Origin: an uncultured Bacilli bacterium
Lineage (GTDB): Bacteria; Bacillota_I; Bacilli_A; RF39; UBA660
Direction of reading: 5' to 3'
DNA length: 64,000 bases
Assembly (NCBI GenBank): GCA_949841325.1
Contig: CATKZK010000003.1
Span: forward strand, 4,643-68,642
Part shown: positions 20,684 to 30,004 of the stretch, one piece after another
How positions within the stretch are numbered: the stretch's first letter is position 1
Layout: every line of letters starts with the position of its first letter
The notes under the pieces: model-generated
Database searches by the model: none
Told to the model about the DNA's origin: nothing
The model's input: the letters and a program-made list of their open reading frames with translations, nothing else
Position numbers and translations under genes: made by a program

Positions 20684-21925
20684 ATGGGCCTATTGATGAA
20701 GAAAGAAGATAGAGAAAAGTTAAAAGAGTTAAAAGCCGAAGAAGAACGCCTTGAAGAAGAGTTCCCTGAAGAAAAAATCAAATTTGTAGATCTTTTATTT
20801 GGGGAAGATGAAGAAGATATCGCCCTAGAAGAAGCTCTTCCTCCAAATGAAAGAGAAGAGTTAGAAGAGATAAAAAGAGAAGAAAAAAAACTTCTCATTC
20901 GAGCTATTAGCATTTTTTCTGGAATGTTTATCATAATGATCGTCGTATTACTTGTTTTTTCAGAGGCGACAAAGAGTGATTTATTAAAAACGACACTTCC
21001 CTTATTTGAAGCTTATTATCAGGAACATTATCAAAAAGATTTGGCGTATGAATCCATTGAAAATCTTTGTGAAAAAGAGAGTTGTTCTTCTATTGCTCAT
21101 GTCACAACTAAAAATCAAGAACATCTGATGTCCGTTTCCAATGAGCTTTTAGGAGATGACATTTCTACTTCTAAAATAGAAGAAAATTATACAAAAACAT
21201 TAGAACAAACACTTTCTTCTGTACAAATAGTAAGCCATTATCCCACTTTGAGTTATCAAAAGTATTTTTTACAGTATAATCCGCATCTATTTTATAGTAA
21301 AGTATTACCTTACAATAAAGCGTTTGATGATTTAATACGAGAACATAGTCTTATAGTACATGATATCGTTTTATATCAAGGTAATCTCGATTTGGCGAAT
21401 ATACAATCTCTTTTGTCTCTTTTTCATGAAGAATCCACATTTTATTTTATTGGCCAAATTAATGGTATTCCTGCCTCTTTAACGATTCTTTCAAAAAGAG
21501 AACAGATAACTATCCCCATTACAGCAAGTATTCCAATTGATGGAGGAACTATTTATGAACTTGATCGAACTTTAAATGCTGTTTCTTCTCTTGCTGTTTC
21601 AAGAGTCAGTGAAAATGATATTAAAACGTTGGGAGATTATACAATTACAAATGCCTATACAATTAAGCCAGAGTTAAGAAATCAAGATCGCGAGAAAACA
21701 AAGTCAAGTTATTTTTTCGTAAAACTCGATAATACAGCTTATACAATGCAATCTATTTATGAATTTTCCCTCTCAGGATATCAAGAATATGAAAGGGATG
21801 ATTATCTTAAAATAGCAACTTATCAAGTGGGAAATAGTACATATCTTATTGGAAATCAGGCTATTGGGATTGGCAGCAAAAAGGAAAAAAACGGATTTTT
21901 ATGTAAATTTGGCTTTTGTAAATAG
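20684..21925 (+). CDS. hypothetical membrane-anchored protein with acidic N-terminus
   Basis: E/K-rich N-terminal region, one TM (IFSGMFIIMIVVLLVF), large extracytoplasmic domain. GGGAGG RBS before ATG 20684. Confidence 0.55.
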   Translation: MGLLMKKEDREKLKELKAEEERLEEEFPEEKIKFVDLLFGEDEEDIALEEALPPNEREELEEIKREEKKLLIRAISIFSGMFIIMIVVLLVFSEATKSDLLKTTLPLFEAYYQEHYQKDLAYESIENLCEKESCSSIAHVTTKNQEHLMSVSNELLGDDISTSKIEENYTKTLEQTLSSVQIVSHYPTLSYQKYFLQYNPHLFYSKVLPYNKAFDDLIREHSLIVHDIVLYQGNLDLANIQSLLSLFHEESTFYFIGQINGIPASLTILSKREQITIPITASIPIDGGTIYELDRTLNAVSSLAVSRVSENDIKTLGDYTITNAYTIKPELRNQDREKTKSSYFFVKLDNTAYTMQSIYEFSLSGYQEYERDDYLKIATYQVGNSTYLIGNQAIGIGSKKEKNGFLCKFGFCK

Positions 21926-21985
21926 AAAATGGTAGAAAAATAAGGGAAAACATTATATAATACAAGAGATTTAGTTAGGTGATGA

Positions 21986-23740
21986 ATGATGAATTTAAAA
22001 GACTTATATATTGATTTTTTTGTAAGTAAGGGGCACAAGCAGATACCATCGTCTCCAGTGGTACCAGAAAATGACCCTTCTGTTTTATTTAATACAGCGG
22101 GCATGCAGCCATTAATTCCTTTTTTAATGGGGCAACCTCATCCATATGGGAAAAGACTTTGTGATTATCAAAAATGTATTCGCACAAATGATATTGATGA
22201 AGTAGGAGATACCTATCATCATACTTTTTTTGAAATGTTAGGGAATTGGAGTTTAGGAGATTATTTTAAAAAAGAAGCTATTACTTGGAGTTATGAATTT
22301 CTAACAGAGAAACTCCATATTCCAGTAGATAAACTTGCTGTGACTGTATTTGCAGGAAATAAGGACATTCCATTTGATGAAGAAGCTTATTTGACTTGGA
22401 AGTCACTAGGAATAAAGGAAGAGCGAATTGCTAAACTTGAAGATAATTTTTGGATTGCAGGATCTACAGGACCTTGTGGTGGAGACTCGGAGATGTTCTA
22501 TTGGCGAAGTAATGATGAAGTTCCAAAAGTCTTTGATCCTAAAGATGAACGTTGGGTGGAAATTTGGAATGATGTCTTTATGCAATTTGAAAAGCTAGAA
22601 GATGGTACTGTCAGAGAACTTCCATTTAAGAATGTGGATACGGGAATGGGTGTTGAGAGAACTGTTGCTATTTTAGAGGGGAAAACCGATAATTATGCTT
22701 CAAGTATTTGGACACCTGTTATAGAAAGAATAGAGAAATTGACTGGGATATCTTATGTAGGGAATGAGCGAAGCATGCGTATTATTGCAGACCATATGAG
22801 AACGGCTGTTTTTATCAGTGCTGATCCTGCAGGAATTAAACCAAGTAATACAGATCAAGGCTATATCCTAAGACGTTTGATTCGCCGCGTTATTCGTCAT
22901 GCGAAAGCATTAAATATCGATATCAATTCAAACTGGGAAATTGAACTTGCAGAAGTCATTTTAGATTTATATGAAAAATATTACATTGAGCTTAAGGAAA
23001 ATAGAAAAGTAGTTCTAGAAGTTCTTACTAATGAAAAATTAAAATTCAATCGTACATTAGAAAAAGGCTTACGAGAATTTGAAAAAATTATAGGAAAGTT
23101 GGAATCGAACAATTTAGATAAGGATTTGGCTTTTAAATTATACGATACTTATGGATTCCCTATTGAATTGACAGAAGAACTCGCTTTGGAAAAGGGAATA
23201 ACAGTAGATACTTTAGGATTTAAAGAAAAGTTTAAGGCACATCAAGAACTATCAAGAACCGCATCAAGTGGGAAGTTTAAAGGAGGACTTGCAGGAAATT
23301 CCGAAGTCGAGACGAAATACCATACTGCAACTCATCTTTTAAATGCCGCATTAAAAGTTGTTGTAGGGCCTGATGTCCATCAAAAAGGGTCAAATATAAC
23401 AGAGGAAAGAATGCGATTTGACTTCTCATGCGATCATAAATTGAGTGATGAAGAGAAACAAAAAACGGAAAAACTAGTGAATGAATGGATTTCAGCAGCT
23501 CTTCCTGTTCGTGTAGAAGAAATGGATAAAAGCGAAGCCATTGCCTCTGGAGCAGAGTGTGAATTTATTGAAAAATACCCTGATCGAGTAACTGTTTATA
23601 CGATTGGTGATGGAATTTCAAAAGAGCTTTGTGGAGGGCCTCATGTCAATAACACAAGTGAGCTAGGGCATTTTAGAATCAAGAAAGAAGAAGCTTCCTC
23701 TGCAGGTGTTCGTAGAATCAAAGCTGTTTTAGAGGATTAA
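21986..23740 (+). CDS. alaS: alanine--tRNA ligase, short form (no C-Ala domain)
   Basis: Class II AlaRS motifs: PENDPSVLFNTAGMQP, CIRTNDIDEVGDTYHHTFFEMLGNWSLGDYFK, GPCGGDSEMFY, DTGMGVER. Editing-site motifs HTATHLL and CGGPHV. The protein ends at 584 aa just after the editing core. Confidence 0.8.
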   Translation: MMNLKDLYIDFFVSKGHKQIPSSPVVPENDPSVLFNTAGMQPLIPFLMGQPHPYGKRLCDYQKCIRTNDIDEVGDTYHHTFFEMLGNWSLGDYFKKEAITWSYEFLTEKLHIPVDKLAVTVFAGNKDIPFDEEAYLTWKSLGIKEERIAKLEDNFWIAGSTGPCGGDSEMFYWRSNDEVPKVFDPKDERWVEIWNDVFMQFEKLEDGTVRELPFKNVDTGMGVERTVAILEGKTDNYASSIWTPVIERIEKLTGISYVGNERSMRIIADHMRTAVFISADPAGIKPSNTDQGYILRRLIRRVIRHAKALNIDINSNWEIELAEVILDLYEKYYIELKENRKVVLEVLTNEKLKFNRTLEKGLREFEKIIGKLESNNLDKDLAFKLYDTYGFPIELTEELALEKGITVDTLGFKEKFKAHQELSRTASSGKFKGGLAGNSEVETKYHTATHLLNAALKVVVGPDVHQKGSNITEERMRFDFSCDHKLSDEEKQKTEKLVNEWISAALPVRVEEMDKSEAIASGAECEFIEKYPDRVTVYTIGDGISKELCGGPHVNNTSELGHFRIKKEEASSAGVRRIKAVLED

Positions 23741-23744
23741 AAGA

Positions 23745-24188
23745 ATGCAAAAAAAAGGAAATTCTAAAGAATTAGAAAAAGCTAGAGAAAAGGGAAGTAA
23801 ATTTTTAGGCGAATTTAAGTCCTTTGTATTAAAAGGAAATGTCATGGATTTAGCAGTGGGTGTTTTAATTGGAGCATCATTTCAAGGACTTGTAAATTCT
23901 TTTACGACAAATATTATTTCACCTGTTTTAGGCTGTTTAACGGAAGCCAATTTCAATCAATATACTTTACATATAGGAAATCTTTATTTAACTTATGGAG
24001 CTTTTATTACAGATGTGATTAATTTCGTCATTATGGCTTTTGTCATCTTTGTCCTTGTAAAGAGCATGAATATATTAGAGCATTTAGGAAAGAAACCAGA
24101 AAAAAAGGAAGAACCCAAAAGGAAAAGTAATGAAGAAGTATTGCTTGAAGAGATACGAGACTTATTAAAAAAACAAAAAGGCGAATAA
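23745..24188 (+). CDS. mscL: large-conductance mechanosensitive channel
   Basis: FKSFVLKGNVMDLAVGVLIGASFQGLVNSFTTNIISPVLG. Confidence 0.9.
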   Translation: MQKKGNSKELEKAREKGSKFLGEFKSFVLKGNVMDLAVGVLIGASFQGLVNSFTTNIISPVLGCLTEANFNQYTLHIGNLYLTYGAFITDVINFVIMAFVIFVLVKSMNILEHLGKKPEKKEEPKRKSNEEVLLEEIRDLLKKQKGE

Positions 24189-24250
24189 TCGTCTTTTTGC
24201 TTTTTGTTTTATAAAGTGTTAATATAGACTTTCTAAAGAAGGGGATAATT

Positions 24251-25078
24251 ATGGATTCTAATAATTCGATTTTAAATCGTAAGGTTATTGACAAAAGGAT
24301 TTATATTCCTTACGGATTAGAAATAGAAGCAGAAAACATTTCTTTTGACTTAGGAAAGAGGTTATTTGAGCATAAAGTAAATGAAGAATGGACGATTGGA
24401 ACTGATCGTAGCTTAATGAATTGTGGATTAGAATTGTCATCCCCTGTATTACCAAATAATAAAGAACCGATTATAAAACTTAAAAAGATTGCTAAGACTC
24501 TATCTTTTCTTAAACCGACATTTGAACATGCTAGCTTGCAGCTTAACTTTAGTGTTTCTGAAGAGATGCAATCTAGTATTGTTCCTTTGTTGAAAATGTT
24601 TTATGTCTACCAAGATATAATATATCGTTTTTCTACAGGAGTTGACGATAAGTTAAGGTCAATTGTAGATATATGTGCCTTTCCACTATTAATTAAAGAT
24701 AGGTTAACAAGGGTGGACGAAATATTAATCAATAATAAATTTTTGGGAGTATCTTTGAAGACTTTAACTAAAAACAAAAAAGATTCCATTAAAGCAATTG
24801 AATTTAGAACTCCTAACGGTACAGATCATTTCTATTTATGGATGAATTATATTGTCTTCTTCTCCTCGTTTTTAACTTGTATTAAGAATAAAACCTATGA
24901 TCGTGAATATATCAATTATCTATTTAATGAAATTGTATATGATGCTAATCATTTAGAGAACTCCGTAAAAATAGACGAAAGAAAAGCGATAGAGTTTGCC
25001 AATTTCATTTATAAAGATGAAATAGAAAAAGAATGTTTTTATACGCAATACTTCGACAAAAAAATAAAAATCAAATAA
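24251..25078 (+). CDS. amidoligase-family (glutamine-synthetase-like fold) protein, atypical
   Basis: YGLEIEAEN, WTIGTDRSLMNCGLELSSPVL and IEFRTPNGT match the putative amidoligase family layout. The usual GlHVHv strand reads ASLQLNF here. Confidence 0.5.
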   Translation: MDSNNSILNRKVIDKRIYIPYGLEIEAENISFDLGKRLFEHKVNEEWTIGTDRSLMNCGLELSSPVLPNNKEPIIKLKKIAKTLSFLKPTFEHASLQLNFSVSEEMQSSIVPLLKMFYVYQDIIYRFSTGVDDKLRSIVDICAFPLLIKDRLTRVDEILINNKFLGVSLKTLTKNKKDSIKAIEFRTPNGTDHFYLWMNYIVFFSSFLTCIKNKTYDREYINYLFNEIVYDANHLENSVKIDERKAIEFANFIYKDEIEKECFYTQYFDKKIKIK

Positions 25079-25096
25079 TACTCCTAGCAACTTTTC

Positions 25097-25125
25097 TTGC
25101 AAATATTTGTATTTTGTGCTACAAT
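25097..25125 (+). promoter_or_regulatory. sigmaA-type promoter
   Basis: TTGCAA, 17-bp spacer, TACAAT, about 25 bp upstream of ATG 25150. Confidence 0.6.
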
Positions 25126-25149
25126 ATGCAACTTGAAAAGAGGGGTTTT

Positions 25150-25875
25150 ATGGATAGTAGGGTTGATACTGCTAAAATACAAAAAATTGTAGAAAGAAAG
25201 TATAGTACACTTTCTATGGAAGAAGAATACTTAAATGAAATTAAGGATGAGATTATTGAGGAATTTTTAAAATTGGAAAATTCCATTGGTTATCAAAATC
25301 CATATGCAGATTTTGCCCTATATACTTATTTAATGAAAAATGGCTACTTTCATTACCAATTATCTAAAAAACGTGAGTATCTTTTAAATGCTAATAGTGG
25401 TCTTATGAGTGTAGGGGCTTTAAATAATCATGGTGTTTGTCGACACAAAAATGCTTTGTTTGCTGAAATTTTAAGCCAACATTATGAAAACGCCGCCGTT
25501 TATATAGGAAGTTATCAAGATGACTTAGAAAATCCGATTCCACATATGATTACGCAAATAGAGTGGCGAGATAAGACACATTATTTTGATGCTGAGATGG
25601 GTTGGTGTTTAGAATACAACAATTCAGATTGCTTAAAAGGACCTAAAGAAAAATACTTTGTAGGAAATGAGAGTGATCTTCGTTATTTTGCCAATTACTT
25701 GATTGGATTAGAGCCACTTCCTTTAAAAGAGAGTTTGCCATTAGAATCAACAAGTCGCTTAGTTCAACACTATCGTTTGGAACTTGAAAAATATAAGGAT
25801 TACCTCCTATATTTTCATGAAAGAAATCAAAGATTATTAAGAGAGGCTGAAAGGGTATACAGAAAAGTTGCCTAG
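25150..25875 (+). CDS. transglutaminase-like cysteine peptidase-fold protein
   Basis: NHGVCRHKNALFAEIL (Cys), IPHMITQIEW (His) and HYFDAEMG (Asp) have the order and spacing of the transglutaminase-core triad. RBS AAGAGGGG. Confidence 0.45.
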   Translation: MDSRVDTAKIQKIVERKYSTLSMEEEYLNEIKDEIIEEFLKLENSIGYQNPYADFALYTYLMKNGYFHYQLSKKREYLLNANSGLMSVGALNNHGVCRHKNALFAEILSQHYENAAVYIGSYQDDLENPIPHMITQIEWRDKTHYFDAEMGWCLEYNNSDCLKGPKEKYFVGNESDLRYFANYLIGLEPLPLKESLPLESTSRLVQHYRLELEKYKDYLLYFHERNQRLLREAERVYRKVA

Positions 25876-25952
25876 AGGAATAGTAAAAGTATAGAAAAGG
25901 GCTTCAATAATAGTCCTTTTTTTGATATACTGATCCTAGTAGGTGAAAGCAA

Positions 25953-27182
25953 ATGAATATGCAAGATATTATTTTGAGAAAAAAGAATAGTGGAAGTCTT
26001 TCCTATGATGAAATTAAGTTTGCTTTTGAAGGTTATTTAAATGAAGAGATTCCCGATTATCAAATGAGTGCCCTTTTAATGGCCATAACAATTAATGGAA
26101 TGAACATGTCAGAGACTCTTTCTTTGACTGACGTTTTTATCAAGAGCGGGGATACTTATGAATGGAGCCACGAAGGGGCAGAAATTGTAGATAAACATTC
26201 AACAGGAGGCGTTGGTGATACCACGACTTTGATTGTAGGGCCTTTAATAGCAAGCCTTGGACTCCATATGGCCAAGATGAGTGGCAGAGGGCTTGGGTAT
26301 ACGGGAGGCACAATCGATAAACTTGAAAGTATTCCTGGATTTAATGTTTCCCTAAATGAAGAGGATTTTTTTGAGCAAGTAAGTTCTTTAGGTTTTGCTA
26401 TCTCTTCTCAAAAAGATAACTTAGTTCCGTTAGATAAAGTCATTTATGCATTGAGAGATGTAACAGGAACAACTGAATCTATTCCCTTAATTGCTTCAAG
26501 TATAATGTCTAAAAAGATTGCTGCTGGAGCTAAAAATATCTTAATTGATATAAAATTAGGCAGTGGGGCCCTAATAAAAACTCAAGAAGATGCCAAAATG
26601 TTAAGCAAATGGGTCATTGCAATAGGAGAAGCATATAAACGCAATGTAAAAACAGTAATTAGTGATATGAGCAAACCACTATCGAATGCGATTGGCAATG
26701 CCTTAGAAGTTGCTGAGGCTATTAATGTTTTACATGGGAAGGAATGTGCCTTATATCATGAATCAATTGATATTGCCGCCCATCTTCTTTCTATGGCAAA
26801 GGGAATCTCTTTAGAAGAGGCAAAAAGGCAAACCATTGCCAAAATTGAGGATGGTAGTGCCTTGAAATGCTTTTATGAATTTGTGGCAAGACAGGGAGGA
26901 GAATTAGGAAAACTTGTTATCTCTGATAAAACAATTGCCGTAAAAGCAAAATATGATGGAAAAGTTGAATCTATAGATGCACTAGGGGCTGCTAAAATCG
27001 CAGCAAAGTTAGGAGCTTCCAAGCTTACTTTAGAAGATAAAATTGACTATAGTGTTGGCTTGTATGTCCATGTGAATGTTGGAGATATTGTAAAAGAAGG
27101 CGATCTCTTACTTACCCTCTATATTGGAAAAAATATACCAGAGTTTACAAATGCGGATTTTGCCTTTATAAATATTGTTTAG
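25953..27182 (+). CDS. pdp: pyrimidine-nucleoside (thymidine) phosphorylase
   Basis: DYQMSALLMAITINGM, VDKHSTGGVGDTT, KMSGRGLGYTGGTIDKLESIPGF. Confidence 0.9.
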   Translation: MNMQDIILRKKNSGSLSYDEIKFAFEGYLNEEIPDYQMSALLMAITINGMNMSETLSLTDVFIKSGDTYEWSHEGAEIVDKHSTGGVGDTTTLIVGPLIASLGLHMAKMSGRGLGYTGGTIDKLESIPGFNVSLNEEDFFEQVSSLGFAISSQKDNLVPLDKVIYALRDVTGTTESIPLIASSIMSKKIAAGAKNILIDIKLGSGALIKTQEDAKMLSKWVIAIGEAYKRNVKTVISDMSKPLSNAIGNALEVAEAINVLHGKECALYHESIDIAAHLLSMAKGISLEEAKRQTIAKIEDGSALKCFYEFVARQGGELGKLVISDKTIAVKAKYDGKVESIDALGAAKIAAKLGASKLTLEDKIDYSVGLYVHVNVGDIVKEGDLLLTLYIGKNIPEFTNADFAFINIV

Positions 27183-27233
27183 TGAATAAAAAAATGTGTT
27201 ATAATAAAGAATAGGAAAATGAGGTTGGTTAAA

Positions 27234-28988
27234 ATGTTTGGAAAGATAAGAAATATCGATGGAGTAACGGCCAGTGTGGAAATTATAAAAGAAAATATGG
27301 CGGTTCCAAATTTGATGAATATGCACGTTATTTTTGAAAGCAATGAAGATCGTTTATTAGGAGAAGTAAAAAAAGTCGATAATGATGTTGCTTATATTGA
27401 CTATATGGGACAATTTGAGGGAACTCGTTTTATTGCAGGTACCATAAAAAAGCCAACGCTTGACAGTAAAGTACGTGTAATCAATGATGAAGAGTTAAGT
27501 GTTCTTTTAGGCGATAATAAACCAGGAAGTATGTATATGGGTGTATCGGCTGTCTATCCAGATAAAAGAGTTTATGTGGATATCAATGAATTATTTTCAC
27601 AACATTTATCTATTTTAGGAAATACAGGTTCTGGTAAGTCATGTACAGTAGCAAGAATCATTCAAAATATCTTCTTAAATAAAAACTTTTTATCTTTTAA
27701 TGCAAATCTCTTTATCTTTGATGCTTATGGAGAATATAAAAGCGCCTTAAAAGTGTTAAATCAATTTAATCCCAATTACCAATATAAATTTATTACATCA
27801 AATCCTCAAGATGACACTGATGTACTTTTAAAGATTCCTGTTTTTCTTTTGACAATTGATGATATTTGTCTATTATTACAGGCTGATAATCATCATCAAT
27901 ATACAATTATTGAGAGAATGTTAAAACTTGTAAAATTATTCTCAAAAGAGGATGAAGAGACTCAAAAACTTAAAAATCATTTGATTGCGAAAGCCATTAT
28001 GTCTGTATTATTTTCTAATCAGAATGCTGCTGGAAAGAAAAATGATATCTTTACCATTATCACGGATTGTTCCACACCAGAGTTTAATGTAGATACAGAT
28101 ATTCAAGGAATTGGCTATACGCGTAAATTTTCTGAATGTTTTGGTATTGATCGTAATGGAGAATTTGGAGAATCTGTTTTATTAAATGAATATCTATTAA
28201 AATTTATCGATGATGAATTAGAACAGAGAATTGAAGTACCGAAAACGGCTTATTATACATTAAACGACTTAGAAAAAGCTCTTTCCTTTACTTTAATCGG
28301 GGATGGATTTTTAAATAACCGTATCATGCAAGATAACGCGGTTATTATGCAAGTTCGTTTACACGCACTTAATAATTCAGCCAATAGAAGATTTTTCGAT
28401 ATTCCAAGTTATATTACACTTGAAAATTATATCTCTTCACTTATTGTCTTTAATAATAAACGAAGCCAAATTGTCAATATTAACTTAGAAGATGTCGATG
28501 ACAACTTAGCAAAAACTATTGTAAAAATATTCTCTAAAATGATTTTTGACTTCGCCAAATCGCGAAAAGAAAGAGCAGCGATTCCCTTTCATCTTTTCAT
28601 AGAAGAAGCACACCGCTATGTCGTAAAAGATAATGATCAATTCTTACTAGGGTATAATATCTTTGAGCGTATTGCTAAAGAAGGTCGTAAATATGGTGTA
28701 ATGCTCGACTTAGTAAGTCAAAGACCTGTGGAAATATCGGAAACCGTGGTAGCACAGATGAGTAATTTCTGTATCTTAAAAATGACACACCCTAGAGATT
28801 TAGATTATATCAATAAGATGTTACCTAATATTTCTGGAGACATCATTGAAAAATTAACGAGTTTACAAAGCGGAACTATGGTAGCTTTTGGATCTGCATT
28901 TAAGATTCCTGTTATTATTAAAATGGATATGCCAAATCCTGCACCATATTCATCAAACTGTAATGTTGTAGAGCGTTGGAAAGCATAA
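27234..28988 (+). CDS. HerA/DUF87-like P-loop ATPase (FtsK-HerA superfamily)
   Basis: N-terminal barrel-like region, Walker A ILGNTGSGKSCTV, Walker B HLFIEEAHRY, VSQRPVEISETV. Extended -10 TGTTATAAT at 27197-27205. An alternative ATG lies at 27219. Confidence 0.7.
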   Translation: MFGKIRNIDGVTASVEIIKENMAVPNLMNMHVIFESNEDRLLGEVKKVDNDVAYIDYMGQFEGTRFIAGTIKKPTLDSKVRVINDEELSVLLGDNKPGSMYMGVSAVYPDKRVYVDINELFSQHLSILGNTGSGKSCTVARIIQNIFLNKNFLSFNANLFIFDAYGEYKSALKVLNQFNPNYQYKFITSNPQDDTDVLLKIPVFLLTIDDICLLLQADNHHQYTIIERMLKLVKLFSKEDEETQKLKNHLIAKAIMSVLFSNQNAAGKKNDIFTIITDCSTPEFNVDTDIQGIGYTRKFSECFGIDRNGEFGESVLLNEYLLKFIDDELEQRIEVPKTAYYTLNDLEKALSFTLIGDGFLNNRIMQDNAVIMQVRLHALNNSANRRFFDIPSYITLENYISSLIVFNNKRSQIVNINLEDVDDNLAKTIVKIFSKMIFDFAKSRKERAAIPFHLFIEEAHRYVVKDNDQFLLGYNIFERIAKEGRKYGVMLDLVSQRPVEISETVVAQMSNFCILKMTHPRDLDYINKMLPNISGDIIEKLTSLQSGTMVAFGSAFKIPVIIKMDMPNPAPYSSNCNVVERWKA

Positions 28989-29008
28989 GACACCTTCGGG
29001 TGTTTTTC
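28989..29008 (+). terminator. intrinsic terminator after the HerA-like gene
   Basis: ACACC ttcg GGTGT hairpin followed by TTTTT, immediately after the stop at 28988. Confidence 0.75.
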
Positions 29009-29009
29009 C

Positions 29010-29038
29010 TTGCATAAAAAGAAAAAATCTTTTATAAT
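29010..29038 (+). promoter_or_regulatory. near-consensus sigmaA promoter
   Basis: TTGCAT, 17-bp spacer, TATAAT, 25 bp upstream of ATG 29063. Confidence 0.65.
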
Positions 29039-29062
29039 AAAAATTCGGGGAGGAAGAGACAA

Positions 29063-29995
29063 ATGGAAAAAAATGATCAACAATGGTTTATGAAAGCAGG
29101 AGAGACTTACTTGTCCGAAGAAATGCGTGAAGAGTGGACGGCTTTCGTAGAAGAAAATGAAAACTGTAAAGACTATGTTTATGAAATATTAAAATATGTA
29201 ATTCCTTTACATGATCAAGATGAGGACGCCGTTCGTTTTATTGCTACTCGTTATTATCAAGACCATTTAGAAGGATTAAATATGGGTACTACTTATGATT
29301 TTGAATTAGAAGAAACGATTTACCAAATTGCAAGATTTGCTCGTTCTGGAGAGAATTTTTTAGAACAAATCTTATTGCTACTAGGAGAAGAACAACCTTT
29401 TACACTTGCTGTTTTCTCTGCAAAACAAAATATTCAAAATAGAAATAGAATAATGGAAAAGGGATATACGATGCAACAAGCAGAAAAGATATCTGGTTTA
29501 GCTTTAGGCCACATTAGAGGAAAAGAGTTCTTTGATTATCTTTTGTTTCGCGATGAACTAGGTTTTTTATTTGGTGGTAGAGAACAAGGTCCTTTTGTAA
29601 TCGGAAAAGAATTCTTTCGCATGGTAGAAGATGGTATTGAGCGAGTTTGTCTTTTATTTGAAATCGATCCAAAAGAGGAAAAAGAACGTCTATTTGCAAG
29701 TTTACGATTCGGTATGAAGAATCCAGAAAATGGGTTTCATCTTGTTTTAGAAGATGAAAAATGCTCATACCATAAAGAGTCAACTTTTGATTTTGTAGAG
29801 GAAAAATGGAATGCTGATGATGCTATTTCTCTTTATGAAGGAGTCGTTGATTTATGGAAGAGTGTATCACCTGTTATGTTGGAAAGAGCTTTAAATTCTT
29901 TATATAACTATGAAAACTTTGATCAGTTTATCAAGAAAAAAGGAGGAGAAAAGGCAAAAGCATACTTAAAAGAGATAAGTGCAGGAAAACATTAG
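29063..29995 (+). CDS. hypothetical protein (helical, no recognisable motif)
   Basis: 310-aa ORF with RBS GGGGAGGAAGAG and its own promoter. Confidence 0.6.
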   Translation: MEKNDQQWFMKAGETYLSEEMREEWTAFVEENENCKDYVYEILKYVIPLHDQDEDAVRFIATRYYQDHLEGLNMGTTYDFELEETIYQIARFARSGENFLEQILLLLGEEQPFTLAVFSAKQNIQNRNRIMEKGYTMQQAEKISGLALGHIRGKEFFDYLLFRDELGFLFGGREQGPFVIGKEFFRMVEDGIERVCLLFEIDPKEEKERLFASLRFGMKNPENGFHLVLEDEKCSYHKESTFDFVEEKWNADDAISLYEGVVDLWKSVSPVMLERALNSLYNYENFDQFIKKKGGEKAKAYLKEISAGKH

Positions 29996-30004
29996 GAGAT
30001 GTAT

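Noticed and set aside
20629-20934. Ser-rich antisense ORF (101 aa). Similar shadow ORFs lie at 50967-51257, 36779-37024, 61551-61964, 62220-62438, 60125-60316 and 52049-52348
   Set aside because: These are mirror images of Glu/Lys-rich or otherwise biased coding regions on the opposite strand. They have no RBS and sit wholly inside well-supported genes.
27234-29995. HerA-like ATPase plus the downstream 310-aa gene as a two-gene operon or defence system
   Set aside because: A strong intrinsic terminator (28989-29008) and a near-consensus promoter (29010-29038) separate them, so co-transcription is unlikely. The case is kept only as a lower-interest finding about an orphan HerA.
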